Below, piece after piece: positions 1-12,673 of a stretch of DNA of 64,000 nt. Numbering within the stretch: position 1 is the stretch's first letter; each line of letters opens with the position of its first letter. The translations under genes were made by a program, and so were the position numbers. Below the pieces are notes generated by a model. The model was not told the DNA's origin and searched no databases. It saw nothing but the letters and a program-made list of their open reading frames with translations. The DNA is from Octopus sinensis (taxonomy: Eukaryota): the NCBI RefSeq assembly GCF_006345805.1, contig NC_043001.1:85994001-86058000 (forward strand), written 5' to 3'.

Positions 1-159
1 CATAATAATACACCCCTGAAATGGCCATAGGGATTAAGTAAATATGGTTTCCTCTTTCTTGACTATAAGGCTTCTCTTACTTGAATAATTTTATAAGATT
101 TCTAAACGATGAACTTTTATTTTATTTACATGATATATATTATATATTTTTATATGCTT

Positions 160-209
<50 letters not shown>

Positions 210-541
210 TATATATATATATTTTTATATATCTATATATTTTTATATATTACTTTATATTATATTTTTACTTTCTAGATGTTGTAATGTTTTGTTTTTT
301 TTTAAATGTATTTTTCTGAATCGCTAAAGTATTAACTCTAAACCGTGATGAACTTTTTTCTCGCACCTTATTATATGCTTATTGCTTGTACAGATGAATT
401 ATGTTCCATCTTGCGGGATGTTTAAATGTATATTCTATGATTAAATGCTCGAATTATGAAATGTTATGCGGATGACCTTGCATTTGTTTGTTCTTTAACT
501 TTAGTTTGATATATATATATATATATTATATATATATATAT

Positions 542-587
<46 letters not shown>

Positions 588-1033
588 TATATGGAAACAC
601 ATATACGCACATAAAGGCGTGTGAGTATGTAAGTATAATATTTCGACATTTACGTTTATGTATTTGCATGTGTGTGTATAGGTTTGTGTTTGCTAGTGTG
701 TGTATATGTGGAAAGAAAGGTATTTTTCTATGTGTGTTTGCGCGATTGAGATCACATCCGTTGTAATGGCAATAATGTTCATGTTAACGTTCTTCGTCGG
801 CTTTGTAGTCATGTTGATATGAACGCTGGTGGATGCGCTACTAAGCGATGTCTTCAGTAATATTCTGTCGTATCGTTAACTAGACGGCGGAAATGTTTGG
901 TAGAAACAATTTGCTGCAAAAAATTGTTTCGATTCCATGATGGATCATTTCTCTCATCATGTTTATTATTGTTAGTATAATTTTATAGACTTGTATCATT
1001 CATTATTATTGCTATTATTATTATTATTATATT

Positions 1034-1590
1034 CAAAATCCGTTCATTACAGACTCGTGAAGCTTTGTTGAACAGCTGTTGTTGCGTGTTGAACAGATCC
1101 GGTTATCACCCGAGTTCATTGTGAAGATCGCCCCGTTGCCTTCCTTTGGCAGAAAAGGAAAGGCAACTTTCCCTTGTGTGGCGGCTATGACGAAGGAGGT
1201 AGTATAGTGGACGAGATTGAAAAGACTAAAAACAGACACGTTCCTCTTCGGCCAAGCCCTCATCGACTTTTTCAAGTTCCACCTGTAAAAGAAAGTGAAA
1301 GAAAAGAGGGAAGGTCTGCGCCTCCCACCCAGTAAATTTGTTGAAAGGCGGTTGAATGTGGCGAGGATAGCCCGTGTGAATGGGCCAAGTCTGAACCTTC
1401 GTTTGTAAACCGGAGGAATTTGAGGAGTGGAGCGCCTGCTAAGGTGCATCTGGTGGTCGAGATAACCAGAATGTGTTGGGTTCCTCGGTTGTTCCTCTGA
1501 GAAACTCCACTCAGTTTGGGGGATTTTTTTTTGTTTAATTGTGTCAATTTTTTGTTTGTCGTTGTGGCCCCTGCAGCCAATAAAAGAAAG
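1034..1590 (+). mobile_element. 5'-truncated Tx1/L1-clade LINE, ORF2 C-terminus plus 3' UTR (decayed)
   Basis: The + frame reads SFVEQLLLRVEQIRLSPEFIVKIAPLPSFGRKGKATFPCVAAMTKEVV*WTRLKRLKTDTFLFGQALIDFFKFHL*KKVKEKR. This aligns colinearly with the 12265-12570 minus ORF. AATAAA at 1579-1584; (TAT)n lies upstream and (CAT/TAT)n downstream. Confidence 0.75.
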
Positions 1591-1628
1591 TACTATCTTC
1601 ATCATCATCATCCTTATTATTGTTATTG

Positions 1629-1711
<83 letters not shown>

Positions 1712-1718
1712 GTTATTA

Positions 1719-2289
1719 TATGTTTGACTTTTGCTTTACATTTGCACAAGCTGGCTCCAAGTCTCACCCAGAGACCTCAAGAGACAACAAGTTGGAAGTT
1801 CGTGTTGGTGTTATGCCTAGTGTGCCATATATTTGGTTTTGTACTTAGTGTTGTACTAGTGAATGTCTTAAAAAACCATACGAAAATTATGTTTGTTTTA
1901 AAACTTGAGATTACATAGAAAGTATTTTGCGTAGGATATGAGCAGTACCCATGACCACTATCTTTTGAATTTCTGCCATTTTGGGGTTTCCTGGTATCTG
2001 AGTTAGGTAGCAATCAGTCCCTTTTGCTATTATTCCCAGGGCAACTATGACAACAAGTATTGTTTTAGTCTTCAGGTTCCACATTTTGCTAATTTCTATT
2101 TCCAGATCTTTATATTTGCTCAGTTTCTGGTAGGTCTTGACAGATACGTTTATATCGATTGGGACAGTCATATCAATGAGGAGGCTTGTTTTTTGTCTGA
2201 AGTCTTTTACTATGATGCCTGGCATATTCGCATCTACCTTTCTGTCAGTTTGAATGGTGAAGTTCCAGAGGAGTGAGATGTGGTCATTT

Positions 2290-2292
<3 letters not shown>
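1719..2292 (-). mobile_element. 5'-truncated RLE-type non-LTR retrotransposon (R4/Dong-like), endonuclease domain plus 3' UTR
   Basis: ORF 1911-2534 contains SLLWNFTIQTDRKVDANMPGIIVKD..LLIDMTVP..KLSKYKDLEIEI..MW..LGIIAK..MGTAHILRKILSM, a PD-(D/E)xK RLE signature. It is flanked by (TAA)n on both sides. Confidence 0.85.
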
Positions 2293-2344
<52 letters not shown>

Positions 2345-2345
2345 G

Positions 2346-2570
2346 CGGCGAGCTGGCAGAATCGTTAGAATGCCAGGCGAAATGCTTAGCGGTATTTCGT
2401 CCGTCGTTACGTTTTGAGTTCAAACTCTGCTGAAGTTGACTTTGTCTTTCATCCTTTCGGGGTTCGATAAACGAGGTACCATTGAAACACTGGGGTCGAT
2501 GTAGTCGACTCAATCCCCTCCCCCAAAATTTCAAACCTCGTGCCTTTAGTAGAAAGGATTATTATTAATA
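2346..2570 (+). mobile_element. tRNA-derived SINE, family A (Meta-domain-like core)
   Basis: A-box-like tggcagaatcgtt and B-box-like gagttcaaactc, then core gactttgtctttcatcctttcggggttcgataa; more than 10 homologues in the window. The Meta-domain resemblance is from memory and was not aligned. Confidence 0.7.
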
Positions 2571-3168
2571 CTATTAGATTCATTTATTCATTTTATTTAG
2601 CTTCTTTAATATATTTATATATTCATTTAATTCTTTACTTCTGCTGTTGACATTACTGATGTTGTTGATGTTTATGATAGCTATGGAGTGGTGGCGGTGA
2701 GAGAAATAGATGTTTTCAATTATTTATTTACCTATTTACTTGTTTATGTACACATTTTCCATCTATTATAATTCATGCATATTTTTATCCATATATTTTT
2801 TCTTAATGTGTATATATATTTTTTATATGTATTTTCGCTACGTTTATATTTTTTGTAGATTTTGCTGCTTGTTTGATTCTATTTATTTGCGCTGCTGTTT
2901 ATTATTTTTTTTTTTTTGTTCTTTTAATATTTTTGTCTTATGTTTCAAAGAAAATCATTACTTATTGATTGAAGGTTTCTCTGAATCGAATTCGGTGCTA
3001 TTGCAAGTATCCTGGGAAACTATCAGTTTGAATGTGTGTATAAAAGCTCTGTGACTGGCAGGGGTGGTGAGGGGTGGCACCGGATGCTGCGGCAGTGGCG
3101 GCTGAGGCGACAAGGGCAGCAGCAGCAGTAGTAGTAGTAGTAGTAGCAGCAGCAACATCAGCAGCAGC

Positions 3169-3202
<34 letters not shown>

Positions 3203-3680
3203 TCGGTGGTGGTGGTGATGCTAATAGGAGGGGGCCAGAATGCTAGACTGAAGATTATCTGTAGATAGATAGATAGATAGAAAAACAGAGAGGGAGATAG
3301 AAAAACAGAGAGGGAGAGGGGGAGGAATAGAAAGATGAAGAAAGAAAGAAAGAAAGATAAAGAGGCAGACAGTCTGATTGATAGATAGGACTCATAGACA
3401 GGGGAAAGACTAAGAAAGAAGGAAGGCAGAGAAGAGACAAAGAAAAGGAAATGAAAGAAGGAAATAAAGAAAAGAAGGAGGAAAGAAGAAAAAGAAAAAA
3501 ACGAAAAAAGAAAGGAAGGAAGAAAGACGGAAAGGAATAAAGGCATTAACATAGAAAGAATATAAGAACTTCCTCATAGTAGAGCTGCCAATATTTCTAC
3601 CCGTTGCATGAAAATCCTTCCGGATGACAGAATACGTGATGTTACATTTGGTTGCATGATATTATTATATAGTGGATTAA

Positions 3681-3940
3681 GGCGACGAGCTGGTAGAAAT
3701 GTTAGCACGCCGGACGAAATGCTTAGCGGTATTTCGTCTGCCGCTTTGTTCTGAGTTCAAATTCCGCCAAGGTCGACTGTGCCTTTCATCATTTCGGGGT
3801 CGATTAAATAAGTGCCAGTACGCACTGGAATCGATATAATCGACTTAATCCGTTTGTCTGTCCTTGTTTGACCTCTCTGTGTGTAGGCCCTTGTGGGTAG
3901 TAAAGTAATAGGTATTTCGTCTGCCGCTACGTTCTAAGTT

Positions 3941-4025
<85 letters not shown>

Positions 4026-4430
4026 AAAACAGAGAGAGGTGGAGGGAGAGGGGGGAGGAATAGAAAGACGCAACAACAGCTGTTCAACCGAAGTCGACTT
4101 TGCCTTTCGTCTTTTCGGAGTCGATTAAAAAAAGTAGCAGTTACGCACTGGATTCGATGTCATCGACTTAATCCGTTTGACTGTCCTTGTTTGTCCTAAC
4201 TGTGTGTAGCCCCTTGTGGTCAGTAAAGAAATAAGAAACGTTGGCGCGCCGAGCGAAATGCTTAGCAGTATTTCGTTTGTCTTTACGCTCCGAGTTCAAA
4301 TTCCGCCGAGATCAACTTTGCCGTTCATCCCTTCGGGGTTCATAAATTAAGTACCAGTTGCCTACTAGGATCGATCTAATCGACTGGCCCCTCCCCCAAA
4401 ATTTCGGGCCCTGTGCTTAGAGTAGAAAAA
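3681..4430 (+). mobile_element. Two family A SINE dimers separated by (GATA)n
   Basis: Head/core at 3681-3900 followed by a second B-box unit. A second copy at 4088-4430 has the same linker (aatccgtttgtctgtccttgtttg...agtaaagaaata). Confidence 0.7.
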
Positions 4431-4531
4431 AGTTATCATACAGTGGTTAACGCCGTATTAGACTATCAACCGGACATGTATATTTGACACAAAGGTCATT
4501 ACTGAATATATACATTATTAATCCTTTTATT

Positions 4532-4668
4532 GGTTGCACTTTTATTTTTACTTCTTTCAATCATTTGACATTAGCCAAGCTGGAGCACCGCCTAGAAGAG
4601 TTTTAGTCGAACAAATCGACCTAAGGACTTATTTTTTCAAGCCTAGTACTTATTCTATCGATCTTTTT
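4532..4668 (-). mobile_element. Family B SINE, right half only
   Basis: Reverse complement of ...ataagtactaggctt...gtcgatttgttcgactaaa...ggcggtgctccagc...aaatgattgaaagaagtaaaa, matching the right arms of 31334-31775 and 40013-40427. Confidence 0.6.
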
Positions 4669-4697
4669 TTTTACATACATACATACATACATACATA

Positions 4698-5975
4698 CGA
4701 GGGGCATTCAATAAGTAATTCCCCTGACCCACTTCCCATAGCAGTAGAGCAACGAAACTTGGCACAGTTATTAGTCTTTTTTTACATAGGAACCACCCAG
4801 AGTTACGCATTTCTACCATCGTTTGATGCGGCTCTGGTGACCGTTTTTGTAGAAGAACCCAGCTTGGTCCTCCAACCTCAACGTGACTTCAGAAATCAAG
4901 GCTGCATCATCTGGGAAACGCTTTCCTTTCAAAAACAACTTCATGATTGGGAAGAGGTGAAAATCAGAGGGTGCAAGGTCAGGAAAGTAGGGGGGATGGG
5001 GAGGAGTTCATAGCCATACGCCTGTGCTTCTGATCTGGCGACAAGCGAGTTGTGGACCGGAGCGTTGTCCTGCAGGAAGAGGATGCCTTTGCTGATCTTG
5101 CCCCGCCTCTTGATTTTGATAACTTCTCTTAATTTCCTCAAAAGTGAAGCATAATAGGCTCCTGTAATTGTGGTACCCTTTGCCAGGAAATCTGTTATCA
5201 CTACTCCGTCCTGGTCCCAGAAGACTGTGAGCATGACCTTGCCAGCGGAGGGCTGCACTCTTGCCTTCTTTGGAGGGGGTGAGTCACGGTGCTTCCACTG
5301 TATTGACTGGGCTTTGGTCTCTGGATCATCGTGATGGACCCAGGTTTCATCCTGTGTAATCAGTCTTTTGAAATATTTTGACTCATCTTCTTGGCACATC
5401 TCTAAATTCACCCTCGAGCACTCGACGCGTTCTTGCTTCTGGAAAGGCGTGAGCAACCTGGGAATCCATCTGGCAGACACCTTTTGCATATGCAAATTGT
5501 CATGAATGATAGTTTCCACAGACCCGGTACTAATCTTGACCTCATGGGCTATTTGGCGAATAATTATGCGTCGATCTTCCAAAATGGCAGCCTCAACTTG
5601 ACGGACAGATGCCTCATCAATGGCAGAAGGGGGCGACCAGATCTGGGAGGTGTTTCCACAGAGTTCCGACCATGTTTGAATTCACGATGCCAGCGTTTTA
5701 CAAGGTCATATGATGGGGCATCATCACCATAAGTTACTTTCATTTCATCAAAAGTCTTCCGTGGTGTGCGTCCTTTCAAATACAAAAACCGGATCACTGC
5801 TCGACACTCAACAGGCTCCATTTCACACTTGACTCTGTTCAAACACCTGTAAATCAGAAACTCACTGTAATTTGCCACTTACTCTATAGAGATATAAATG
5901 ATTGCACATGCAAAATTTCAGCTAGATCAAACAACTGCAAGTGGGTCAGAGGCATTACTTATTGAACATCCCTCG
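4698..5975 (-). mobile_element. Full-length mariner (DD34D) DNA transposon, decayed
   Basis: ~37-bp TIRs (cgaggggcattcaataagtaattcccctgacccactt / aagtgggtcagaggcattacttattgaacatccctcg), TA duplication at 4696-4697 and 5976-5977, inserted in (TACA)n. Confidence 0.95.
4771..5821 (-). pseudogene. Mariner transposase pseudogene (at least two frameshifts)
   Basis: MEPVECRAVIRFL..RSGRP (HTH), then WIPRLLT, QDETW, QDNAPVH in ORF 4941-5582, and a frameshifted HPPYSPDLAPSDFHLF ending YVKKD*. Confidence 0.9.
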
Positions 5976-6477
5976 TACGTACATACATACATACATGCGA
6001 TCGTGCATCCATACAGTTTTTGTCATTCAAATTCACTCACAAAATATTGATCGACCTGGGTTTATAACAGAAAATACTTTCCTGAAGTCTCAAGCAAGGG
6101 GACTGAACCTGCAGCCACGTGGCTACGAAATGCAATTCTTAACCACACAACTATGCCATCTTTCATTCTGTCACTGGACAGCAGCCATGATGGGGTACCA
6201 ACTTCAGGTCTTTTAGTCAATCACATTGTCGCCCTACTTTTTTTTATCGCACTCTATTTGTCGAACTACAACGTTACAAAAGATAAAGAAGAGTAACATA
6301 AACAAAGCTGAGGCTTTGACCAGTCTATATCAACAAAAGAATAAACATGGAGCAGGCTTGTTCACAATTTCTGTCAACGAAATTCTGTTCAGAAGGAATT
6401 GATCAGGCATGAATAGAGTAGAAGACTGTTTCCCAAGGAAGCCCTCAGTGATACTGAATACGTTGCCCCATGACTAA

Positions 6478-6925
6478 TATTGGTTTCAAATTTTGGCACA
6501 AGGACAGTGAGGTCGGCGGGGTGGGGCGATAAGTCAATTACATCGACCTCAGTACCCACCTGGTACTTATTTTATCGACCCTGAAATAATAGAAAGTAAA
6601 GTCGACCTAGGCGACTTTTGAACTTAAAACGTAAAGACAGACGAAATGCCACAAAGCATTTAGAAAATCGGGCTAACGATTCTGCTAGCTTGCTGTCTTT
6701 AGCATGATTAATATTGTATTCAAATTTTGACACAAGGCCAGTATTTTGCCCGGTACGCTAACGATTCTGCCAGTTAGCCGCCTTAAATATTGGTTTAAAA
6801 TTTTGGCACAAGCCACCAAGTTTGGGGTAGGAGGTAAATGGATTACATAGAACTCCATTGTTCAACTGGTACTTATTTTATCGACCCACAAAGGAGGCGC
6901 TATTTGAACTCAGAACGTAAAGAAT
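6478..6925 (-). mobile_element. Two tandem family A SINEs
   Basis: Two reverse-complement copies of the head/core (ctaacgattctgc..., gaactcagaacgtaaag, ggtacttattttatcgacc), each with the tail atattggtttcaaattttggcacaag. Confidence 0.65.
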
Positions 6926-6927
6926 TT

Positions 6928-7912
6928 AGGAAAAAACTCGTTGATACAGTTAGTCTAGTATGTCTCAAAATCACTGTTACAACTAATCTGTCAAAAGTCA
7001 ATTTTTACTTCTTTCTCTAGATTTAAACTCCCACTTTTATAAACTGTATCATAAACCAAGTGAAAAACTCCCATACATAAATAGTCCTGTTACACCCACT
7101 ATAATCTTTAAAAATCTGATAGCTAGCATTAGTAATAGGATATCAATAGTAATAGGATATCTTCTAACCAGATATTTCGTAAGGCAGCCCCTCTACTATA
7201 CAACAATTCCCTAGCTAACAGCGGCTTCAAAGATATTACAACTCTGCGATTAAAAAATATGAATCGTGAAAATAATCCTAAACATGGACATAGGAAAACA
7301 AATTGGTTTGTCCCTCCTTTCTCCCTAAATATTAAGACTAACGTAGATATGAAATTTCTGTCTCATTTAAACATTTCCCAATAAATCATAAATGCAGGAA
7401 TTTTTTTTAACAGATGCTCAATTAAAATATCAGGTTCTGTCTCAGTATGAATAATATTATAACTCATAAAAAGTCACCTGGAGTCCACACCCAGCCGTAA
7501 CTATCGAGATTCTGTAGCTTCCCCACTTGACCAGGCGTGTATGATAAATTCCGTTATATAAGAGGCAGAAGTAACAGCAACGTTTCAAGATAAATCAATT
7601 GAAAAGAATTGCATCGGGTTACGTGATGTCGAAGTCAGAAAATGTTATGTAAACCAACTGTCTTCTTTCCGGTCCATCGACAAAAGTAATGCAGCTAAGT
7701 TGGCAAGCAACGTATAGAATTTGAAGACCAGCTCCACATCACATACAATTAAGTGGAGAATCGTGAAGAAATATAAGCCATATGTTAATGTATCTAAGAA
7801 ATACAACTTAAATGAAGTAAAAAGATCCGACAATTCCAACACACTGCTTGATATCAGATCTGATATTTTTAGTAGGTGTAAACACTTGGACAGATTATTT
7901 TTATCGAATTGA
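6928..7912 (+). mobile_element. Decayed Penelope-like element (Naiad/Chlamys-like), RT C-terminus plus GIY-YIG endonuclease
   Basis: Frameshifted translation: RKKL..LKITVTTNLSKVNF..YHKPSEKLPYINS..ISNRIS..KAAPLLYNNSLANSGF..NWFVPPFSLNIKTNV..KHFP..FNRCSIKIS. Then CNYRD..SPLDQACMINSVI*EAEV..NCIG..SSFR..IKWRIVKK..LLDIRSDIFSRCKH. Clade name from remembered motifs. Confidence 0.75.
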
Positions 7913-8415
7913 GGTGCCCCACCCGCTCCGGGCTGTCTTACTGTATTGCGGAATTTGACATATTTTCTGTTGATTTTTTCTACGCCAGCTCTATATTATA
8001 TGGTTTCTGAAAGTAGGGAAGACGTGGATGTTAGTTTTCTTTTTATATATTTCGTTTCTTTCCTCTCGTTCAATTTTTTTACGTCAGCCTTCTTCACTTT
8101 TTTCACTTCTCACTGTCCTACGTCCTCGCTTTTTAAAATATATATAACATAAAATCAAAGCCCGTAAGACTGCTTCGAGATACGTGACGTATCTTAAATA
8201 AAAATATCGCTTGTTAATGTATCATAAAACTATTAGTAGCTCTTCCGGTTGTGTATTAATTGATACGATAGTTATAACTCACTAGATGGAGTACGTTTTT
8301 GGGTGATTCTACCTATATTGGATTTGTAACTATCTATTTATCTATCAACCTCCATATCTTTATACACGCGCCTATGTATGTGTGCGTGTGCGTGTGTTTG
8401 GGTGCGTGTGTGTGA

Positions 8416-8476
<61 letters not shown>

Positions 8477-8499
8477 TATAGATAGATAGATATAGGTGC

Positions 8500-8655
8500 T
8501 ACGTACATCGACTGGCTTGTGTCAGTTTCCGTCCATCAGATCCATTCACAAGGTATTTGTCAGCCCGGGGCTAAAGTAGAAGACACTTGACACGCTGTTG
8601 GACGGAAACTGGAACCATGTGGTAGGAAAACAAAATTCTTACCACTCAGCCACGG
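8500..8655 (-). mobile_element. Family B SINE, left half (degenerate)
   Basis: Reverse complement of gtggctgagtggtaag...ccacatggttcc...caagtgtcttctactttagcc...gaatggatctgatggacggaaactga. Confidence 0.55.
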
Positions 8656-9791
8656 GAAACATATTCATCATATGTAATGTTAAAAAATGCATTTCATATT
8701 CTGCATATGTTTCTATGCTATTTGCCTTTCAGTTTGTACGTACAGCGTAATTTATATAACAATACATCGCATTTACTAGAAAATTGTTTGAATATCTCTT
8801 AGATGGTGATAATATCCACACTACTATCATTTATATTTCGTATAAATTCACTTCTAAATGAAATGAGGAAAACCATTTCACTGAGAATCATCAAGCTCCT
8901 GTTTATTTAGTTTCTTTTTTTTTTTTTAATTAGATGAGAGATTAGTAGGCATGACCTCTTTAGAACCTCTTTGATTGGTGAGATCGATCGAGCGATTGAT
9001 GTTTAGCTCGTACGTCAGTAGTTTGACGCCTGTAAGAAAATTATGGGCGTAGTAGGAATATTTGTGGAACTGTTGTCCTGGTGGGGAAATGATTGGACAA
9101 AGTACTTTGTGATGAAGAAGGATGGGAGGGGGAGGATGGGAAAAAGAAAATGTGGGTATATTCAGTGGATTTAGGGCGGGGTGGTTTGTGCAGAATAAAC
9201 AGCTTGGTTACTTCCAGTAAAAGAAGATGGTGTGGCAGAAGTGGTAAAATAGGAAAAAGTGTGTTCGCCATTGTATGATATATATTATTTTTATTCTTAT
9301 ATATATATATGTGTGTGTGTGTATGTGTGAGTACATGTGTGTGTGTGTGCGTGTGTGTATACATAAATATATATGCATATATATTTACACAAACACACTC
9401 ATATGAATATATATATTACATACATACATACATGCATGCATACATACATACATACATACATACATACATACATACATACATACATACATACACATGCTCA
9501 CATACGCATGCTCACATATGCATTCATGCGCACAAAATCATTGGAACCGCAGATGATTCTGCACCAGATTTAACTTCAGTGGGTTTGCAAATGACTATAC
9601 TGTTCAATGCAAAATCCATAAGTCTGGCAGCAGGCAGGACAATGTCTCTAAAGTCTCATATCTATGGCTTTGTGTTGCTTTCAACAACCGCTAGTATCAC
9701 TGAATTCTGTGGTTCGTGCGCTGCCAAAATAGAAAATAATTGGCCTGCATTGTAAATGATGTAACTTTTACACATTTCCATTAAATATATA

Positions 9792-10357
9792 TTGGGTTGT
9801 CTGGAAAGTTCCTGCCGACTTTTAAAGGAAATAAAAAGGTCAATAAATACTTGCCATTACATTTTTAATGAATCAAATATGAACCATTTTGTTGCACAGT
9901 GCGTCTCCTTCTTTCCTTTAACTTGAAAATACCCTCTTACCAGAATTGAGGTGGTTTCATGGCAAAGAATTCATCAAGGTATCTTTTTACGTCATCCAAG
10001 GAATTGAAATTTTTACCATTAAGACTATTCTGCAGAGACCCGAATAAGTGGAAATCCGAAGGAGCAATATCTGGTGAATATGGAGGGTGGGGTAACACAT
10101 CCCAGCCGTGCTGCAGCAATTTTTGTCTGGTTCCCAAAGCATCAAGTGCCGAAAATGAACTTTCTTAGCTTCCATTTTAAAGGGTTACAAAATTAACACA
10201 GGTTATAGGAACATAAGCCTTCTTCCACGAAAAGATAGCTTAAACTTTGCTCTAAATGGAGGTGTAGTCAAATCCTATTTTATGGACTCAATCACGTTCT
10301 AAAATAAGTCGAAATGTAAGCTACTATAAATCGGCATGAACTTTCCGGACAACCCAA
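9792..10357 (-). mobile_element. Internally deleted mariner (566 bp), non-autonomous
   Basis: TIRs ttgggttgtctggaaagttcctgccga / tcggcatgaactttccggacaacccaa with TA flanks. The start MEAKKVHFRHLMLW is joined directly to GTRQKLLQHGWDVLPHPPYSPDIAPSDFHLF. Confidence 0.9.
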
Positions 10358-10860
10358 TATTTAATCGCTTCTTTTGCACATTCAAGTATACATCTTTTCT
10401 ATTCACCTGGGAGGTCTTTATTCGCACGACACAGTCAGCCCATCGAAGCGGATTTAGAGTACTCATGATTTCGATATAAAACATGAAGATTGATACCGAG
10501 TACAAGAACTGGTTTATACATTATAAGTTTAGTTGTTTACTTCACATTATGCTGTGCATGTCGTGGTCTTCTCACACATCTAAGAGGATACCTTCCTCAA
10601 TATCTGCTTCTGTAATAGGTGACCATTCACATACTGAAAACGTCTTAGATTTCATGAGGTTTGTTCTTATCTCCAAATTCCTGTGCTAGCTTCGCCCTTG
10701 TTAAGTGCATAATGAAGGCAAAAATCTTTGTTTCGATTTTGTTGTTTCTTAGACGCATACTCTGACAGATATTTTGGGAAATGTCTGTTCTTTTATCATG
10801 CAAGCATAAAAATATATATAGCAGCGCTCTCCTAATAAACCGAGCCAATGCGTTTTACGT

Positions 10861-10947
<87 letters not shown>

Positions 10948-11438
10948 TATATACACATACATACAGATATATATATATATTATATATATAAGAGAGACAT
11001 ATATACTTACACATACACATCATCATCATTTAACGTCCGTCTATCCATGCCACACACACATACACACACACACACACGCACGCACACACACACACACATA
11101 CACATATATATATGTATGTATGCATGTAAGTATGTATGTATGTATGTATGTATATGTGTGCCTGTGTACGTGTGTGTGTGTTTGTGTGTGTACAAGTAAA
11201 AATGTATGTCTGATCATCGCAAGTAACCCAAAACATCGAAGTCACTATCGAAGTTTTCCTTATAAAAACAATTACATATGGTGCTCCTTCTTGAAAGGTT
11301 TTGGGTGATCCTTCTGTTATACGTTCGCCTGCTTTTACATATATATTTTTATAGAAAAATAAGCGGTCACACACAGCCGTGCATACACCGATGCACGCAC
11401 GCATTTATATAGAGATGCAGTGCAAGAGATACCTATAC

Positions 11439-11439
<1 letters not shown>

Positions 11440-11515
<76 letters not shown>

Positions 11516-11575
11516 GGTAGGTAGGTAGGTAGGTAGGCAGGAGGCAGACAGACACAGACAGACAGACAGACAGAC

Positions 11576-11657
<82 letters not shown>

Positions 11658-11662
11658 GTAGG

Positions 11663-11697
<35 letters not shown>

Positions 11698-11706
11698 GTA
11701 GGTAGG

Positions 11707-11770
<64 letters not shown>
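11440..11770. repeat. Long compound (GATA)n/(GACA)n/(GGTA)n microsatellite
   Basis: Directly visible tetranucleotide array forming the 3' flank of the Tx1 element. Confidence 0.95.
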
Positions 11771-11772
<2 letters not shown>

Positions 11773-12673
11773 TGTTTCTTTATTAGCCACACAGGGCTGC
11801 ACACAGATAGAACAAATTACAAGGTAGAGCTTTTCTTTTGAAGGTTTAAAAAAAAAAAAAAAAAATAAAATAAAATAAAATAAAATAAATAAATAAAATA
11901 AAAATAAAATAAAAAAGGGGGGGTCGATCAAAAGGGATCGTAAAAGGAGAGAAAGAGGACAAAAAAAAGGGGGGGTAAAAAAAAAGGGGGAGAGGAAAAA
12001 AATGGATCAATAGGGATCGTTATCACAGAAATGTCAATATGAAGTGTAAAGGGGAGGACAGGTGAGGTTTACCCGTGGAAAGAAAAGCCTACGGAAAAGA
12101 CCACGGTAACCTCGGTCAATGAAGTCACATGTTATATTTCTTTTTTTTTTTTTTTTTTTGCAAATAAGCAACTCTCTGTATTAATTTTTACGGTTCATAG
12201 AATCATAGTCAAGGTGGATTCGTCATTCATACGTGCCATCCTTGCTACATTCACCCATCTTTTTTTAAAAACATTCACTAGACAAAACTTGCCTCTCTAC
12301 TCTCACTTTTTTCTTCAAGTGATACTTGAAGAAGTTGATGAGAGATTGACCAGAGAGGAAAGTGTTTGTCTCTAATCCTTTCAGACGCGTCCACCAGATA
12401 CATTCTTTCGCCATAGCCACAAGTATGATAAAAATAGCTCTTCCTTCCCGTTTGAAGGAAGGAGGCGTGACGATATTAACGATAGACTCGGCTGATAAAC
12501 CGACACGTCCCACACGTGACAGCAGTCGTTCGACATAAGCCCACAGGTGGGAAATTGCTGGACACTGCACGATTGCGTGCAGAGCGGTTTCGTCGCTCTG
12601 CCCGCATCTCGGGCAGGTCGGCCCCGTGTTTCTCGAGCCATGCCTATAGAGCTTATCCCGAACGGGTAGCGCA
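11771..12673 (-). mobile_element. 5'-truncated Tx1/L1-clade LINE with C-terminal CCHC zinc knuckle and 3' UTR
   Basis: The minus strand reads ALPVRDKLYRHGSRNTGPTCPRCGQSDETALHAIVQCPAISHLWAYVERLL..WWTRLKGLETNTFL..FFKYHLKKKVRVER. The 3' UTR is T-rich with AATAAA at 11779-11784 (minus); (TCTA)n lies on both flanks. Confidence 0.85.

Noticed and set aside
1-110. Possible PLE GIY-YIG C-terminus (P*GLSK)
   Set aside because: Only a few residues match, at the window edge.
1033-1767. 244-aa minus-strand ORF with an apparently complex C-terminal half
   Set aside because: It is the antisense reading of the Tx1 remnant plus a TAT repeat; the + frame gives the recognisable homology.
9530-9755. Complex-looking open stretch after (TACA)n
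   Set aside because: No motif recognised on either strand, and the minus frame has stops.
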